A stretch of 64,000 nt of DNA from assembly GCA_031424295.1 (NCBI GenBank), contig JANPHE010000273.1, forward strand, positions 1,832-65,831, written 5' to 3'. The position numbers and the translations under genes were made by a program. Every line of letters begins with the position of its first letter. Position 1 is the first letter of the stretch. Positions 7,692 to 16,940 of this stretch are shown one piece after another. Origin of the DNA: Segetibacter sp. GTDB lineage: Bacteria > Bacteroidota > Bacteroidia > Chitinophagales > Chitinophagaceae. Under the pieces are notes generated by a model that saw only the letters and a program-made list of their open reading frames with translations, ran no database searches and was not told the origin of the DNA.

Positions 7692-8888
7692 ATGAAACAA
7701 AATGCGCTAAAAACCCTTGCGGTTTTATTATTTTCTTATTCTTTTTCTGCTTTTGCTCAGGATCCTGATCCTCAGACAGCTACTATAAATGTAGTGACTA
7801 CAGCGGTGCCGTTTCTGAGAATATCTCCGGATGCACGTGCCGGTGGAATGGGTGATGTAGGAATAGCTACGTCTCCAGATGCAAACGCATCTTTTTGGAA
7901 TTTGGCAAAAACTACATTTGCTACAAGCAAAACCAGTATGGCAGTTACATATACGCCCTGGTTAAAAGATTTGGGCTTAAATGATGTTTACTTGGCTTCT
8001 CTTGCTGGTTACCATCAATTAGATGAAGAACAGGCGGTTTCTCTGGCGCTTAGATATTTTAGTTTAGGTAATATACAGTTTACTGACTTTGCCGGTAATG
8101 ACCTACAGTCTTTTCGTCCACGTGAGTTCTCTATAGAAGGCGGATACAGTCGTAAATTAAGTTCAAAACTTGGCATTGGAGTAGCATTAAAATTTATTAA
8201 TAGCAATTTGGCTGGAGGTGCTGCGCTTAATGGTGTTCAATACAAAGCCGGAACAGCGGTAGCTGCTGATTTATCCTTATTTCACAATGGATTGAATAGC
8301 TCAGGCGAAGGTTGGAATTGGGGCGTAGTTTTAAGTAATCTTGGTTCCAAAATTTCTTATACAAGTGATGCACAGCAGAAAGACTACATTCCTGCTAACC
8401 TTGGAATAGGCGTATCAAGGACTTTTGTATTTGATGAAACAAGCAAACTTACACTCGCTTTAGACCTCAATAAATTATTGGTGCCAACGCCTCCTCAATT
8501 TACCAATGATGCAGCCGTGGACTCTGCCAATCTTACCAATTACAGAACTAAAAGTGTCATTAGTAGTTGGACAAGCAGCTTTGGCGACTCCGGTGGGTTT
8601 GGTAATGAATTGAAGGAAGTTCAAGCGTCTATAGGTGCAGAGTACACTTACAATGACCAATTCTCTTTCAGGGCCGGATATTTTTATGAAGATAAGTTGA
8701 AAGGAAACCGTAAATATTTTACACTCGGAGCAGGCCTAAAATACAATGTTTTTGGACTTAATTTTTCTTACCTCGTTCCTTCAGGAAATGGCGTGAATAG
8801 AAATCCTTTGTCAAATACACTACGTTTCAGCATTGTGTTTGATTTGGATTCAAATGCAGGTGCTAGTACAACTACTCCGGCTCAATAG
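7692..8888 (+). CDS. porV: Type IX secretion system outer-membrane protein PorV (LptO)
   Basis: Signal peptide, then VTTAVPFLRISPDARAGGMGDVGIATSPDANASFWNLAK, the conserved PorV N-terminal signature. The remainder is beta-barrel-like and ends in an aromatic-rich strand. ATG at 7692 is preferred over GTG at 7686. Confidence 0.85.
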   Translation: MKQNALKTLAVLLFSYSFSAFAQDPDPQTATINVVTTAVPFLRISPDARAGGMGDVGIATSPDANASFWNLAKTTFATSKTSMAVTYTPWLKDLGLNDVYLASLAGYHQLDEEQAVSLALRYFSLGNIQFTDFAGNDLQSFRPREFSIEGGYSRKLSSKLGIGVALKFINSNLAGGAALNGVQYKAGTAVAADLSLFHNGLNSSGEGWNWGVVLSNLGSKISYTSDAQQKDYIPANLGIGVSRTFVFDETSKLTLALDLNKLLVPTPPQFTNDAAVDSANLTNYRTKSVISSWTSSFGDSGGFGNELKEVQASIGAEYTYNDQFSFRAGYFYEDKLKGNRKYFTLGAGLKYNVFGLNFSYLVPSGNGVNRNPLSNTLRFSIVFDLDSNAGASTTTPAQ

Positions 8889-8910
8889 GAGTTAGTCACA
8901 TATATAATTG

Positions 8911-8947
8911 AAAAAGCGAAGGAACATTACCTTCGCTTTTTTTATTT
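8911..8947 (+). terminator. Rho-independent terminator after porV
   Basis: aaagcgaagg (8913-8922), loop aacatta, ccttcgcttt (8930-8939), followed by a T-run. Confidence 0.8.
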
Positions 8948-8961
8948 CTAATACTCTGCAT

Positions 8962-9438
8962 ATGTATAGGATCGGTTCAGGCGTAGATTTTCACCAATTG
9001 GTTGAGGGAAGAGCGTTTTGGTTAGGAGGTGTATTGGTGCCACACAATAAGGGCGCACTTGGACACAGCGATGCTGATGTGCTGTTGCATGCAGTTTGCG
9101 ATGCGTTGCTTGGGGCTTTGTGTCTTGGAGATATCGGTGTTCATTTTCCGGATACTTCATCGGAATATAAAAATATAGATAGTAAAATTTTACTGGCACG
9201 TACTTATGAACTCATTACCAAAGAAGGGTATAAATTGGTGAATGTAGATACAACATTATGCCTGCAAGCACCTAAGATAAAGCCGTACGTTGGCGAAATG
9301 CAAAAGGTGATAGCTGCCATTCTTCATGTTGAGGATAGAGATGTGTCAATAAAAGCAACTACTACCGAAAATCTTGGGTTTGTAGGCAGGGAAGAAGGTG
9401 TGGTAGCTTATGCCACAGCTTTGCTGCAAAAAATATGA
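8962..9438 (+). CDS. ispF: 2-C-methyl-D-erythritol 2,4-cyclodiphosphate synthase
   Basis: MYRIGSGVDFHQL...GHSDADVLLHAVCDALLGA...GDIGVHFPD, the canonical IspF metal and substrate motifs. The start at 8962 lies downstream of the porV terminator. Confidence 0.9.
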   Translation: MYRIGSGVDFHQLVEGRAFWLGGVLVPHNKGALGHSDADVLLHAVCDALLGALCLGDIGVHFPDTSSEYKNIDSKILLARTYELITKEGYKLVNVDTTLCLQAPKIKPYVGEMQKVIAAILHVEDRDVSIKATTTENLGFVGREEGVVAYATALLQKI

Positions 9439-9494
9439 TTTTTAACATTACTCTTTGGTTCAATTCATTTCTCTCTTAGCCTCAAAAGTTATAT

Positions 9495-9947
9495 TTGTCA
9501 ATAGTGAAAACGGTCGCCATTAAAATAATCAATAAGTCTGCAAACAATTTACCTGAATATGCAACTGAAGGATCTTCGGGAATGGATATCAGAGCAAATA
9601 TTGAGCAACCATTGTTACTTCAATCTTTAGAAAGAAAGTTGGTCGACACCGGGCTCTTTTTAGAAATACCGGTTGGCTATGAAGCTCAGATTAGACCAAG
9701 GAGCGGGATGGCCATCAAACAGGGAATTACTTGTCTGAATACGCCGGGTACTATTGATGCTGATTATCGTGGGGAAGTAAAGGTTATATTGGTGAATATT
9801 TCGATGGAACCACAAACAATTGCTCCAGGAGAACGCATTGCTCAGATGGTATTTCAAAAAGTAGAAATGGTTGAATTAATTGAAGTGGAAGAAATAGGCG
9901 AAACTGTAAGAGGCGCAGGCGGATTTGGACATACAGGAAAACATTAA
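9495..9947 (+). CDS. dut: dUTP diphosphatase
   Basis: Motifs [26 protein letters not shown] and the C-terminal [10 protein letters not shown]. The start is uncertain: TTG at 9495 or GTG at 9504. Confidence 0.9.
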   Translation: MSIVKTVAIKIINKSANNLPEYATEGSSGMDIRANIEQPLLLQSLERKLVDTGLFLEIPVGYEAQIRPRSGMAIKQGITCLNTPGTIDADYRGEVKVILVNISMEPQTIAPGERIAQMVFQKVEMVELIEVEEIGETVRGAGGFGHTGKH

Positions 9948-9951
9948 TAGA

Positions 9952-10773
9952 ATGGGTAAACTTGGATGGATTTTTTGTTTGTCGATATTGTTAACAGCAT
10001 GCGCTGCAAGAAAGAAGACAATAATAGACAGGCAGATCATTTCAAAAACAGATACGGCAATAGTTAATTCCAAATTTGATACAACAACTGTTGACACTGT
10101 TCTATTGAAAAAGCAGTTTTTTAATAAAGTTATTGGGCATAAAATTGAGTTCCAAACGTTCAATGGAAAAATAAAGGTTGCATACAAAACAAAGGATGCC
10201 GATGAAGATGTAACTATTTATGTGAGAATTGTAAAAGATTCGGTTATTTGGCTTTCAGTTAGAGGGTTGCTTGGAATAGAAGGAGCTAGAATATTGATTA
10301 CAAAAGACAGCGTAAAAGTTATTAATTATTTGGAGAAGACTGTTTTATACAAAGACATCAATTATCTAGAACAGTTAACAGGATTGCCTTTTGATTTTTC
10401 AACGATTCTTGATTTTATTATTGGAAACCCGGTGTTTATTGATAGTAATGTTGTCTCCTTAAGTATGAAAAATACTGACCAAATGGAAATAATTATGGCT
10501 GGATATATTTTCAAACATGTGGCATTGGTTGACGCGATGGACTATAAAATAATAGAAAGCGAAATAAAAGAGAATGCAGATTATCTGCCAAAGAACTGTC
10601 ACATTAGTTATAGCAACTATGACAAAACGCAAGGTGTTCCGTTCTCAATAAATAGATTGATAACAGTTACCGGACAAAACAATTTGGAAGTGAAGATGGA
10701 GTATAAATCATACAGCTTTAATGATCTTGTCTCATTTCCTTTTTGCATTCCGGATAATTATAAAAAATTATAA
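9952..10773 (+). CDS. DUF4292-like (LolB-like) lipoprotein
   Basis: The lipobox LLTAC follows MGKLGWIFCLSI. Size and position between dut and an M23/EnvC-like gene match a neighbourhood I recall as conserved in Bacteroidota. Confidence 0.5.
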   Translation: MGKLGWIFCLSILLTACAARKKTIIDRQIISKTDTAIVNSKFDTTTVDTVLLKKQFFNKVIGHKIEFQTFNGKIKVAYKTKDADEDVTIYVRIVKDSVIWLSVRGLLGIEGARILITKDSVKVINYLEKTVLYKDINYLEQLTGLPFDFSTILDFIIGNPVFIDSNVVSLSMKNTDQMEIIMAGYIFKHVALVDAMDYKIIESEIKENADYLPKNCHISYSNYDKTQGVPFSINRLITVTGQNNLEVKMEYKSYSFNDLVSFPFCIPDNYKKL

Positions 10774-10783
10774 AACGCAGTGT

Positions 10784-12133
10784 ATGGCGAAGAAAATAAT
10801 TTTCCTTTTCCTGTTGAGTTTTTTATCCTCAATGATTTGTGTGCAAGCACAAACAAAAGAAGAATTGCAACGAAAGCAACAGGAATTAATTAAAGAAATC
10901 AGGGACCTGAATGCTTCTTTGAAAGCGATCAGAAACAGTAAGACCAAATCTTTGGCAAATTATAACCTGATTAAAAGGAAAATAAATGCCAGGGAAGAGT
11001 TGATTCATAGCATCAATCGGGATTTGCATATCCTTACTGATAATATTTATTTGAATACGCTTGAGATCAACAGGCTTAATAAAGAACTGGATACTTTGAA
11101 AAAGGAATATGCAAAAAGCCTGGTATTTGCTTATAAAAACCGGAGCAATTACGATTATCTAAATTTCATTTTTTCTGCTAATACTTTTAATGATGCAATT
11201 AAACGGATAACTTACCTAAAAAGTTATAAGCAATACCGCGAACAACAAGTTGATAACATTCAAAAAACGCAGTTACTTATCAATCAAAAAATTGCTTCAC
11301 TAGAAAGTAGTAAAATAGAGAAAAACTTAGCGTTGGCTAACCAGAACGTTGCTTTGAAAGATCTGGAAGCAGATAAGAAAGAACAGAACGAGGAAGTTAA
11401 CATGCTCAAACAGCAGGAGAGTAGTATAGCACAGCAGATTAAGAAAAGAGAAGCAGACAGAAAGCAGATGCAGAATGCCATAGCTGCCATTATTCGTCGC
11501 GAAATAGAAGAAGCAAGAAAAAAGGCAATTGCTGAGGCTAAAAGGAAAAAAGAAGAAGAGGAAAAGAAGAAAAGGGATGCAGCAAATATTGCTAAAACAA
11601 AACCACCTTCCGGCAATACTACGCCAGAGAAAAATGAACCACTAGACCTGCCGAAGAAACCAAGAACAGCTTCGGATCGTATTTATAGCGAATTGGAAAG
11701 TACAGATGAAAGCAAACAAATGTCTATCAACTTTGAAACTAGCAGGGGCAGGTTGCCCTGGCCTGCAGACATTGGAGTAGTGAGCATTGGTTTTGGTACC
11801 TATACAATACCGGGAACTCAGATAAAGGGAAGAAGTGATGGTATTTATGTAGCATTACCAACTGGATCATCTGTTAAGAATGTGGCCAATGGCGAAGTGT
11901 CAGCAGTTTATGACTTAGGCGGAGAACAGGCGGTAACTGTAAGGCATGGTAAATACTTTACTACCTATAGTCACTTATCATCTGTATCTGTAAATCAAGG
12001 TCAAACCGTAAGACCGGGAACTATCATTGGCCGGGCAGCTGCAAATGATGCAGGCGAAGGAGAATTGCTCTTTATGGTAACCAATGAGCAAAGTGTATTC
12101 CTTGATCCTGAGAATTGGCTAAAGCGCAGATAG
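10784..12133 (+). CDS. Coiled-coil M23 family metallopeptidase (EnvC-like murein hydrolase activator)
   Basis: Signal peptide, a long Lys/Glu-rich coiled coil, then a C-terminal LytM-type domain (GRLPWP...GIYVAL...VTVRHGKYFTTYSHL...GQTVRPGTIIG). Confidence 0.75.
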   Translation: MAKKIIFLFLLSFLSSMICVQAQTKEELQRKQQELIKEIRDLNASLKAIRNSKTKSLANYNLIKRKINAREELIHSINRDLHILTDNIYLNTLEINRLNKELDTLKKEYAKSLVFAYKNRSNYDYLNFIFSANTFNDAIKRITYLKSYKQYREQQVDNIQKTQLLINQKIASLESSKIEKNLALANQNVALKDLEADKKEQNEEVNMLKQQESSIAQQIKKREADRKQMQNAIAAIIRREIEEARKKAIAEAKRKKEEEEKKKRDAANIAKTKPPSGNTTPEKNEPLDLPKKPRTASDRIYSELESTDESKQMSINFETSRGRLPWPADIGVVSIGFGTYTIPGTQIKGRSDGIYVALPTGSSVKNVANGEVSAVYDLGGEQAVTVRHGKYFTTYSHLSSVSVNQGQTVRPGTIIGRAAANDAGEGELLFMVTNEQSVFLDPENWLKRR

Positions 12134-13270
12134 TTATTTAGTACATTCCATACTGCAAAATCTGCTGTATAACTTTTCATACAGCGGAATGATGTTTTGG
12201 ATATCAAATTTTTTCGCCTGTTCAAATGCATTCTTTTTGAAAGTTGCAAGTGTCTCTTCATTGCCAAGAATTTCAATGGCAAACTTACTCATGCTTTCTA
12301 CATCGCCTAAATCGGCGAGGTAGCCTGTTTTTCCATGAATGTTTACTTCTGGTAATCCACCAACATTTGTGCTGATTACAGGCGCACTTGCTGCCATAGC
12401 TTCTAATGCAGATAGTCCAAAACTTTCATATTCGGAAGGCAAAATGAATAGGTCACTAACTACCAAAATTTCTTCCATTTGTTCTTGTTTGCCCAGAAAG
12501 CGAACGTCATCTTCTATGCCCAATTCCTTTGCCAATTCTTCCATTGGTGGTCTTTCAGGTCCGTCGCCAACCATCAATAATTTACTATTGATTTTCTCAC
12601 GCACCTTTGCAAACATTTTTATTACATCTTCTACACGTTTTACTTTTCTAAAGTTGGAAGCATGCACTAATATTTTTTCGCCGTTTGGTGCTATTACTTT
12701 TTTAAAAGCATCAATGGGTTTTTTACTAAATCGTGATACATCAACGAAGTTGTGTATTACATCAATATCCTTAGTAATCGCAAATGATTTATAGGTTTCT
12801 TCTTTCAAATTGTGACTTACCGCTGTGATGGCATCACTCTCATTGATACTGAAGGTAACAACAGGTGCATACGTTTTGTCTTTGCCAACTAAAGTAATGT
12901 CCGTGCCATGAAGGGTCGTTATTACTGGAATTTTTTTACCGGCTTTGGCGACAATCTGTTTTGCCATATAAGCCGCCGAAGCGTGAGGTATGGCATAATG
13001 AACATGCAGCAAATCAAGATTGTGGTGCATAATGACATCTACCATAGTGCTAGACAATGCTACTTCGTAAGGTGGATAATCAAACAACGGGTAAGTGGGT
13101 ACACGTACTTCATGATAAAAAATATTTGCACTGAAAAAATTTAACCTTACCGGTTGTTGGTAAGTAATGAAATGCACTGAATGCCCCTTATCTGCAAGTG
13201 CCTTTCCTAATTCTGTAGCGAGCACTCCACTTCCGCCAAAAGTTGGATAACATACTATTCCGATACGCAT
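12134..13270 (-). CDS. bshA: N-acetyl-alpha-D-glucosaminyl L-malate synthase (bacillithiol biosynthesis, GT4)
   Basis: MRIGIVCYPTFGGSGVLATELGKALADKGHSVHFI..., the typical BshA N-terminus. The GT-B C-terminal E-x7-E region is LPSEYESFGLSALEAMA. Confidence 0.8.
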   Translation of the reverse strand: MRIGIVCYPTFGGSGVLATELGKALADKGHSVHFITYQQPVRLNFFSANIFYHEVRVPTYPLFDYPPYEVALSSTMVDVIMHHNLDLLHVHYAIPHASAAYMAKQIVAKAGKKIPVITTLHGTDITLVGKDKTYAPVVTFSINESDAITAVSHNLKEETYKSFAITKDIDVIHNFVDVSRFSKKPIDAFKKVIAPNGEKILVHASNFRKVKRVEDVIKMFAKVREKINSKLLMVGDGPERPPMEELAKELGIEDDVRFLGKQEQMEEILVVSDLFILPSEYESFGLSALEAMAASAPVISTNVGGLPEVNIHGKTGYLADLGDVESMSKFAIEILGNEETLATFKKNAFEQAKKFDIQNIIPLYEKLYSRFCSMECTK

Positions 13271-13589
13271 GGTAGTAGTTCTATTTTAATTTAACAGGCA
13301 ACAAACCTTTGTACTATTAATATTGTTTCAAATCCGAACAAATAATAATTAATGTTTTGCCTTAGAATTTTTGGTATTAGCTTTTGGCTAATACAACTTA
13401 GTGCAAGTAACAATAATTTATTGTATTTGGTTTACCGCTGCCTATTGTCTTTCTACCGTTTAATTAATATAGATGTTTGTTTAATGGGTTTAAACAAGTG
13501 TTTCATAAACGTTAATAAACCAAAAATATTTTTTTAGACGACAAAGGTTTACTTTTATCCGTCGTCTAAAATTAACTGATCGAGACAAT

Positions 13590-14090
13590 ATGATTACACT
13601 TCGTCCATGGCTGGAAACAGATGCTGAGTTGTTGACCGTTTATTATAATAATATCAGCATTTGGAACAATTTACGAGATTATGTGCCAACTCCCTATACA
13701 TTGGAAGATGCGCAGAAATTTATTGGTTCACAGTCAGATATAGTTCCGGCATTAAATTTTGCTATATTGAGTGGCGAAGATTTAGTAGGAGGAATTGGGA
13801 TTACCCTTGGCGAAGACGTATATAGGATGAATGTAGAACTTGCTTATTGGATAGCCGAACCATTTTGGGGTACAGGTATAGCTACAGAAGCTGTTCGCAT
13901 CATGACTCAGCATGTCTTTTTGAATTTTGCTATTAACAGAATAATAGCAGAAGTATTCGAATACAACAAGCAGAGTATGCGTGTATTGGAAAAGAATGGG
14001 TACCATTTGGAATGTGTAAGAAGAAAGGGAGTATTAAAAAATGAATATTTGTATGATAACTATGTCTGGGTTTGCCAGAAAATTATTTGA
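13590..14090 (+). CDS. GNAT family N-acetyltransferase (RimJ/RimL-like)
   Basis: 166 aa. WGTGIATEAVRIM and NKQSMRVLEKNGY are typical GNAT motif A and C-terminal elements. Confidence 0.75.
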   Translation: MITLRPWLETDAELLTVYYNNISIWNNLRDYVPTPYTLEDAQKFIGSQSDIVPALNFAILSGEDLVGGIGITLGEDVYRMNVELAYWIAEPFWGTGIATEAVRIMTQHVFLNFAINRIIAEVFEYNKQSMRVLEKNGYHLECVRRKGVLKNEYLYDNYVWVCQKII

Positions 14091-14152
14091 GGATTAAACT
14101 TTTCATCAATTATTAGTCTAAAGCTTTTAATAAAAAATCTATAAAACTGTTT

Positions 14153-14392
14153 ATGATCAAAAAAAATATCGCAACCAACGAATTTGGTTTTGTTTTTAAC
14201 CCTTCTACAGGGGACTCTTATAGCAGTAATCCCATCGCTGCTGAAATTATCCAAAAAATGAAGGAGAGTATTTCATTGGAAGACATAAAAAGTTTTCTTG
14301 TTGGAAAATATGATGTTGAGAAATCAATCATTGAAAAGGATGTAGATGAGTTTGTGACTATCTTGAAAGAGAACAATTTATTAGCCAACTAA
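14153..14392 (+). CDS. PqqD-family small protein (RiPP-recognition-element-like chaperone)
   Basis: 79 aa. ...FVFNPSTGDSYSSNPIAAEIIQKM...SLEDIKSFLVGKYDV....IEKDVDEFVTILKENNLL follows the PqqD pattern: a beta-strand containing a T-G turn (PSTGDSY here), followed by a helical bundle. Confidence 0.65.
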   Translation: MIKKNIATNEFGFVFNPSTGDSYSSNPIAAEIIQKMKESISLEDIKSFLVGKYDVEKSIIEKDVDEFVTILKENNLLAN

Positions 14393-14404
14393 TCTTTTGC
14401 AAAT

Positions 14405-15457
14405 ATGAGTAATGATCAAAAACCTGTGGTAGTTGCTGTGACAGGCCTCAATGCAATTGATAGTCCCGGACCAGGCGTAGCAGTTATACGTGGCATCAGA
14501 AATGGTATGGACAGGGAAGTTAGGATAATTGGTTTGTCATACGAAGCACTAGAGCCAGGTATTTATATGGATGGCGTCTGCGACAAGGTTTATCAAGTGC
14601 CATATCCTGCTGCTGGCAGCGATGTATTGTACAATAGGATTGCTTACATCAACAGCGTAGAAAACGTTGATGTTATTATTCCGAATTTTGATGCGGAGTT
14701 GTATAATTTTATAAAGATAGCCCCTCGCTTAAATTTATTGGGCATCCATTCATTTTTGCCCACTTTTGAAATGTTTGATGCAAGAGATAAATTGAACTTA
14801 TATTCATTTGGACAAAAACATTCGTTGCATGTTCCCAAGGATAAAGTCATCTATAATGTTGAAGATTTGTATTTGATAGGAGAGGAGTTTGGTTATCCGT
14901 TGGTAGTAAAGGGGAAATTTTATGATGCGGTAGTATCTTATACTTTAGAGCAGGCGCAAAAAGCATTTTATAAGCTTAGTGCCAAATGGGGACTTCCAAT
15001 TATTGTTCAACAATTTATTGCAGGTACTGAAGTAAACATTGCTGCATTAGGGGATGGCGAAGGCAATGCAATCAGTATTATTCCGATGCGCAAGATGTAC
15101 ATTACCGATAAAGGGAAAGCATGGGCGGGAATAACAATAGAGGATGATGCTATGATAGCGATGGCAAAGAACTTCATCAGTGCAACCAAATGGAAGGGTG
15201 GATTTGAAATAGAAATAATGAAGACAGTAAATGATGAACTTTATATTATGGAGATAAACCCAAGGTTTCCCGCATGGATCTATTTGTCTGCCGGTGCAGG
15301 TCAAAATCAACCTGCAGCTTTGGTAAAAATGGCAATTGGAGAGAAGGTTGATCCTTACACTGAATATGAAGTGGGTAAAATGTTTATTCGGTATGCGTGG
15401 GACTTGATAACAGATGTATCGAAATTTCAGCAGATAAGTGCCTTTGGAGAAATGTAA
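14405..15457 (+). CDS. ATP-grasp family carboxylate-amine ligase, specificity unknown
   Basis: 350 aa. YPLVVKGKFYDA, IIVQQFIAGTEVNIA and ELYIMEINPRFPAW are ATP-grasp B-loop and Mg-ATP motifs. It starts 12 nt after the PqqD-like gene. Confidence 0.8.
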   Translation: MSNDQKPVVVAVTGLNAIDSPGPGVAVIRGIRNGMDREVRIIGLSYEALEPGIYMDGVCDKVYQVPYPAAGSDVLYNRIAYINSVENVDVIIPNFDAELYNFIKIAPRLNLLGIHSFLPTFEMFDARDKLNLYSFGQKHSLHVPKDKVIYNVEDLYLIGEEFGYPLVVKGKFYDAVVSYTLEQAQKAFYKLSAKWGLPIIVQQFIAGTEVNIAALGDGEGNAISIIPMRKMYITDKGKAWAGITIEDDAMIAMAKNFISATKWKGGFEIEIMKTVNDELYIMEINPRFPAWIYLSAGAGQNQPAALVKMAIGEKVDPYTEYEVGKMFIRYAWDLITDVSKFQQISAFGEM

Positions 15458-15588
15458 AATTTTTTGAGCTATTTATTAGCTATTTTGAGGTCAATGAAGG
15501 CTATTAATAAAAATGAAAATACACCTGTCATCCTGATTTATTTTAACAACATAAATTTTTAGAACTTTTATAAAATACAATACAAAGC

Positions 15589-16935
15589 ATGGAAAAACTA
15601 AAGTATGAAAGACCGCTGATTAAGAAAATGAATGCTGGATTGATGAACAAATTCGGAACACAATCCGAATTTACTCCTGTAAAGGAAATAGATGGGGTTT
15701 CTGTAAAAAGCATGATAGAAAATTATGGCTCTCCGGTTTTTGTTTTAAGCGAACAAAAGATAAGACAGAATTATAAATCGGCTGTTCGTGCCTTTAAAAC
15801 ACGTTACCCAAAAGTTCAGTTTGCCTGGAGTTATAAAACGCATTATAACAACGCCATTTGCAGAATTTTTCACCAGGAAGGAGCTTGGGGAGAAGTAGTT
15901 AGTGGTTTTGAATATAGAAAAGCATTGGGTAATGGCGTACCTGGAAGCACCATTATTTTTAATGGTCCGGATAAGCAAATTGATGAAATTAAACTGGCCA
16001 TAGAAAATGATTCATTGCTGCACATCGATCATTTTGAAGAACTATATGCTTTAATTGAATTGAGTGCTGAACTAAAGAAGAAACCAAGAGTAGCTATCAG
16101 GGTAAATATGGATACGGGTATTTATCCAATGTGGGATAGATTTGGCTTTAATTACGAGAATGGTCAGGCGTGGTCAGCAATTACCAAAATTGTAAATTCA
16201 GGTACATTGGAATTGACAGGATTGCATACACATATTGGTACCTATATGCTAAGCACTCATGCATATTCGGTGGCGGCTGCTAAGCTTTGCGATCTTGCTG
16301 TAGAATGTAAGAATCAATTGAAGACTACAATAAAATACTTGGATATGGGAGGTGGTTTTCCTAGTGCTAATACATTAAAAGGCTCTTTTTTACCCGGTGC
16401 TGATACCGTCCCATCTATTGATGAATTTGCAGAGGCCATTACAACGACTATCTTAAGTTCAGAATTGCGCAATGACGAATTGCCTTTATTGATATTAGAA
16501 AGTGGCCGATTATTGATTGATGATGCAGGTTACCTTTTAGGATCTGTATTAGCTAATAAGCGTTTAAGCGATGGTAGAAAAGCGACTATCATGGATTTTG
16601 GAGTAAACATATTGTTCACCTCTTTTTGGTACGATCATAAAATTAGCCCTGCACAAGACCTTAGCCACTTTACAGAAGATACCGTTTTGTACGGCCCATT
16701 GTGTATGAATATCGATGTAGTAAGAGAAAGTGTTTGTCTTCCCTTGCTAAACAAAGGAGATCATGTAGTAGTACATAAAGTAGGAGCATATAACATGACC
16801 CAATGGATGCAGTTTATTGCTATGAGACCAAACATCGTGTTGATTGATACAAAAGGGCAAACCCACGTTGTTAGAAAAGCTGAAACATTAGACTACCTAC
16901 AACAACTTGAGGAAATACCGGCTCATTTGAAGTAA
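15589..16935 (+). CDS. Fold-type III PLP-dependent decarboxylase (Orn/DAP/Arg decarboxylase family)
   Basis: FAWSYKTHYN carries the PLP-lysine context, DMGGGFPS is the Gly-rich phosphate loop, ESGRLLID is the EPGR-like motif, and YGPLCMNIDV carries the active-site Cys. Confidence 0.85.
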   Translation: MEKLKYERPLIKKMNAGLMNKFGTQSEFTPVKEIDGVSVKSMIENYGSPVFVLSEQKIRQNYKSAVRAFKTRYPKVQFAWSYKTHYNNAICRIFHQEGAWGEVVSGFEYRKALGNGVPGSTIIFNGPDKQIDEIKLAIENDSLLHIDHFEELYALIELSAELKKKPRVAIRVNMDTGIYPMWDRFGFNYENGQAWSAITKIVNSGTLELTGLHTHIGTYMLSTHAYSVAAAKLCDLAVECKNQLKTTIKYLDMGGGFPSANTLKGSFLPGADTVPSIDEFAEAITTTILSSELRNDELPLLILESGRLLIDDAGYLLGSVLANKRLSDGRKATIMDFGVNILFTSFWYDHKISPAQDLSHFTEDTVLYGPLCMNIDVVRESVCLPLLNKGDHVVVHKVGAYNMTQWMQFIAMRPNIVLIDTKGQTHVVRKAETLDYLQQLEEIPAHLK

Positions 16936-16940
16936 CCTAA

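Noticed and set aside
11284-11616. 110-aa antisense ORF in the M23/EnvC-like gene
   Set aside because: It lies opposite the Lys/Glu-rich coiled-coil region (AAG/GAA repeats read as Phe/Ser/Leu on the other strand), which is a typical shadow ORF.
12339-12794. 151-aa ORF antisense to bshA
   Set aside because: It lies entirely inside a strongly supported gene on the opposite strand and has no recognisable motif.
13352-13537. 61-aa ORF in the bshA/GNAT divergent intergenic region
   Set aside because: It has hydrophobic, low-complexity, AT-driven composition, and the region is more plausibly promoter DNA. The hairpin tagacgac...gtcgtcta (13536-13570) was noted but has no clear role.
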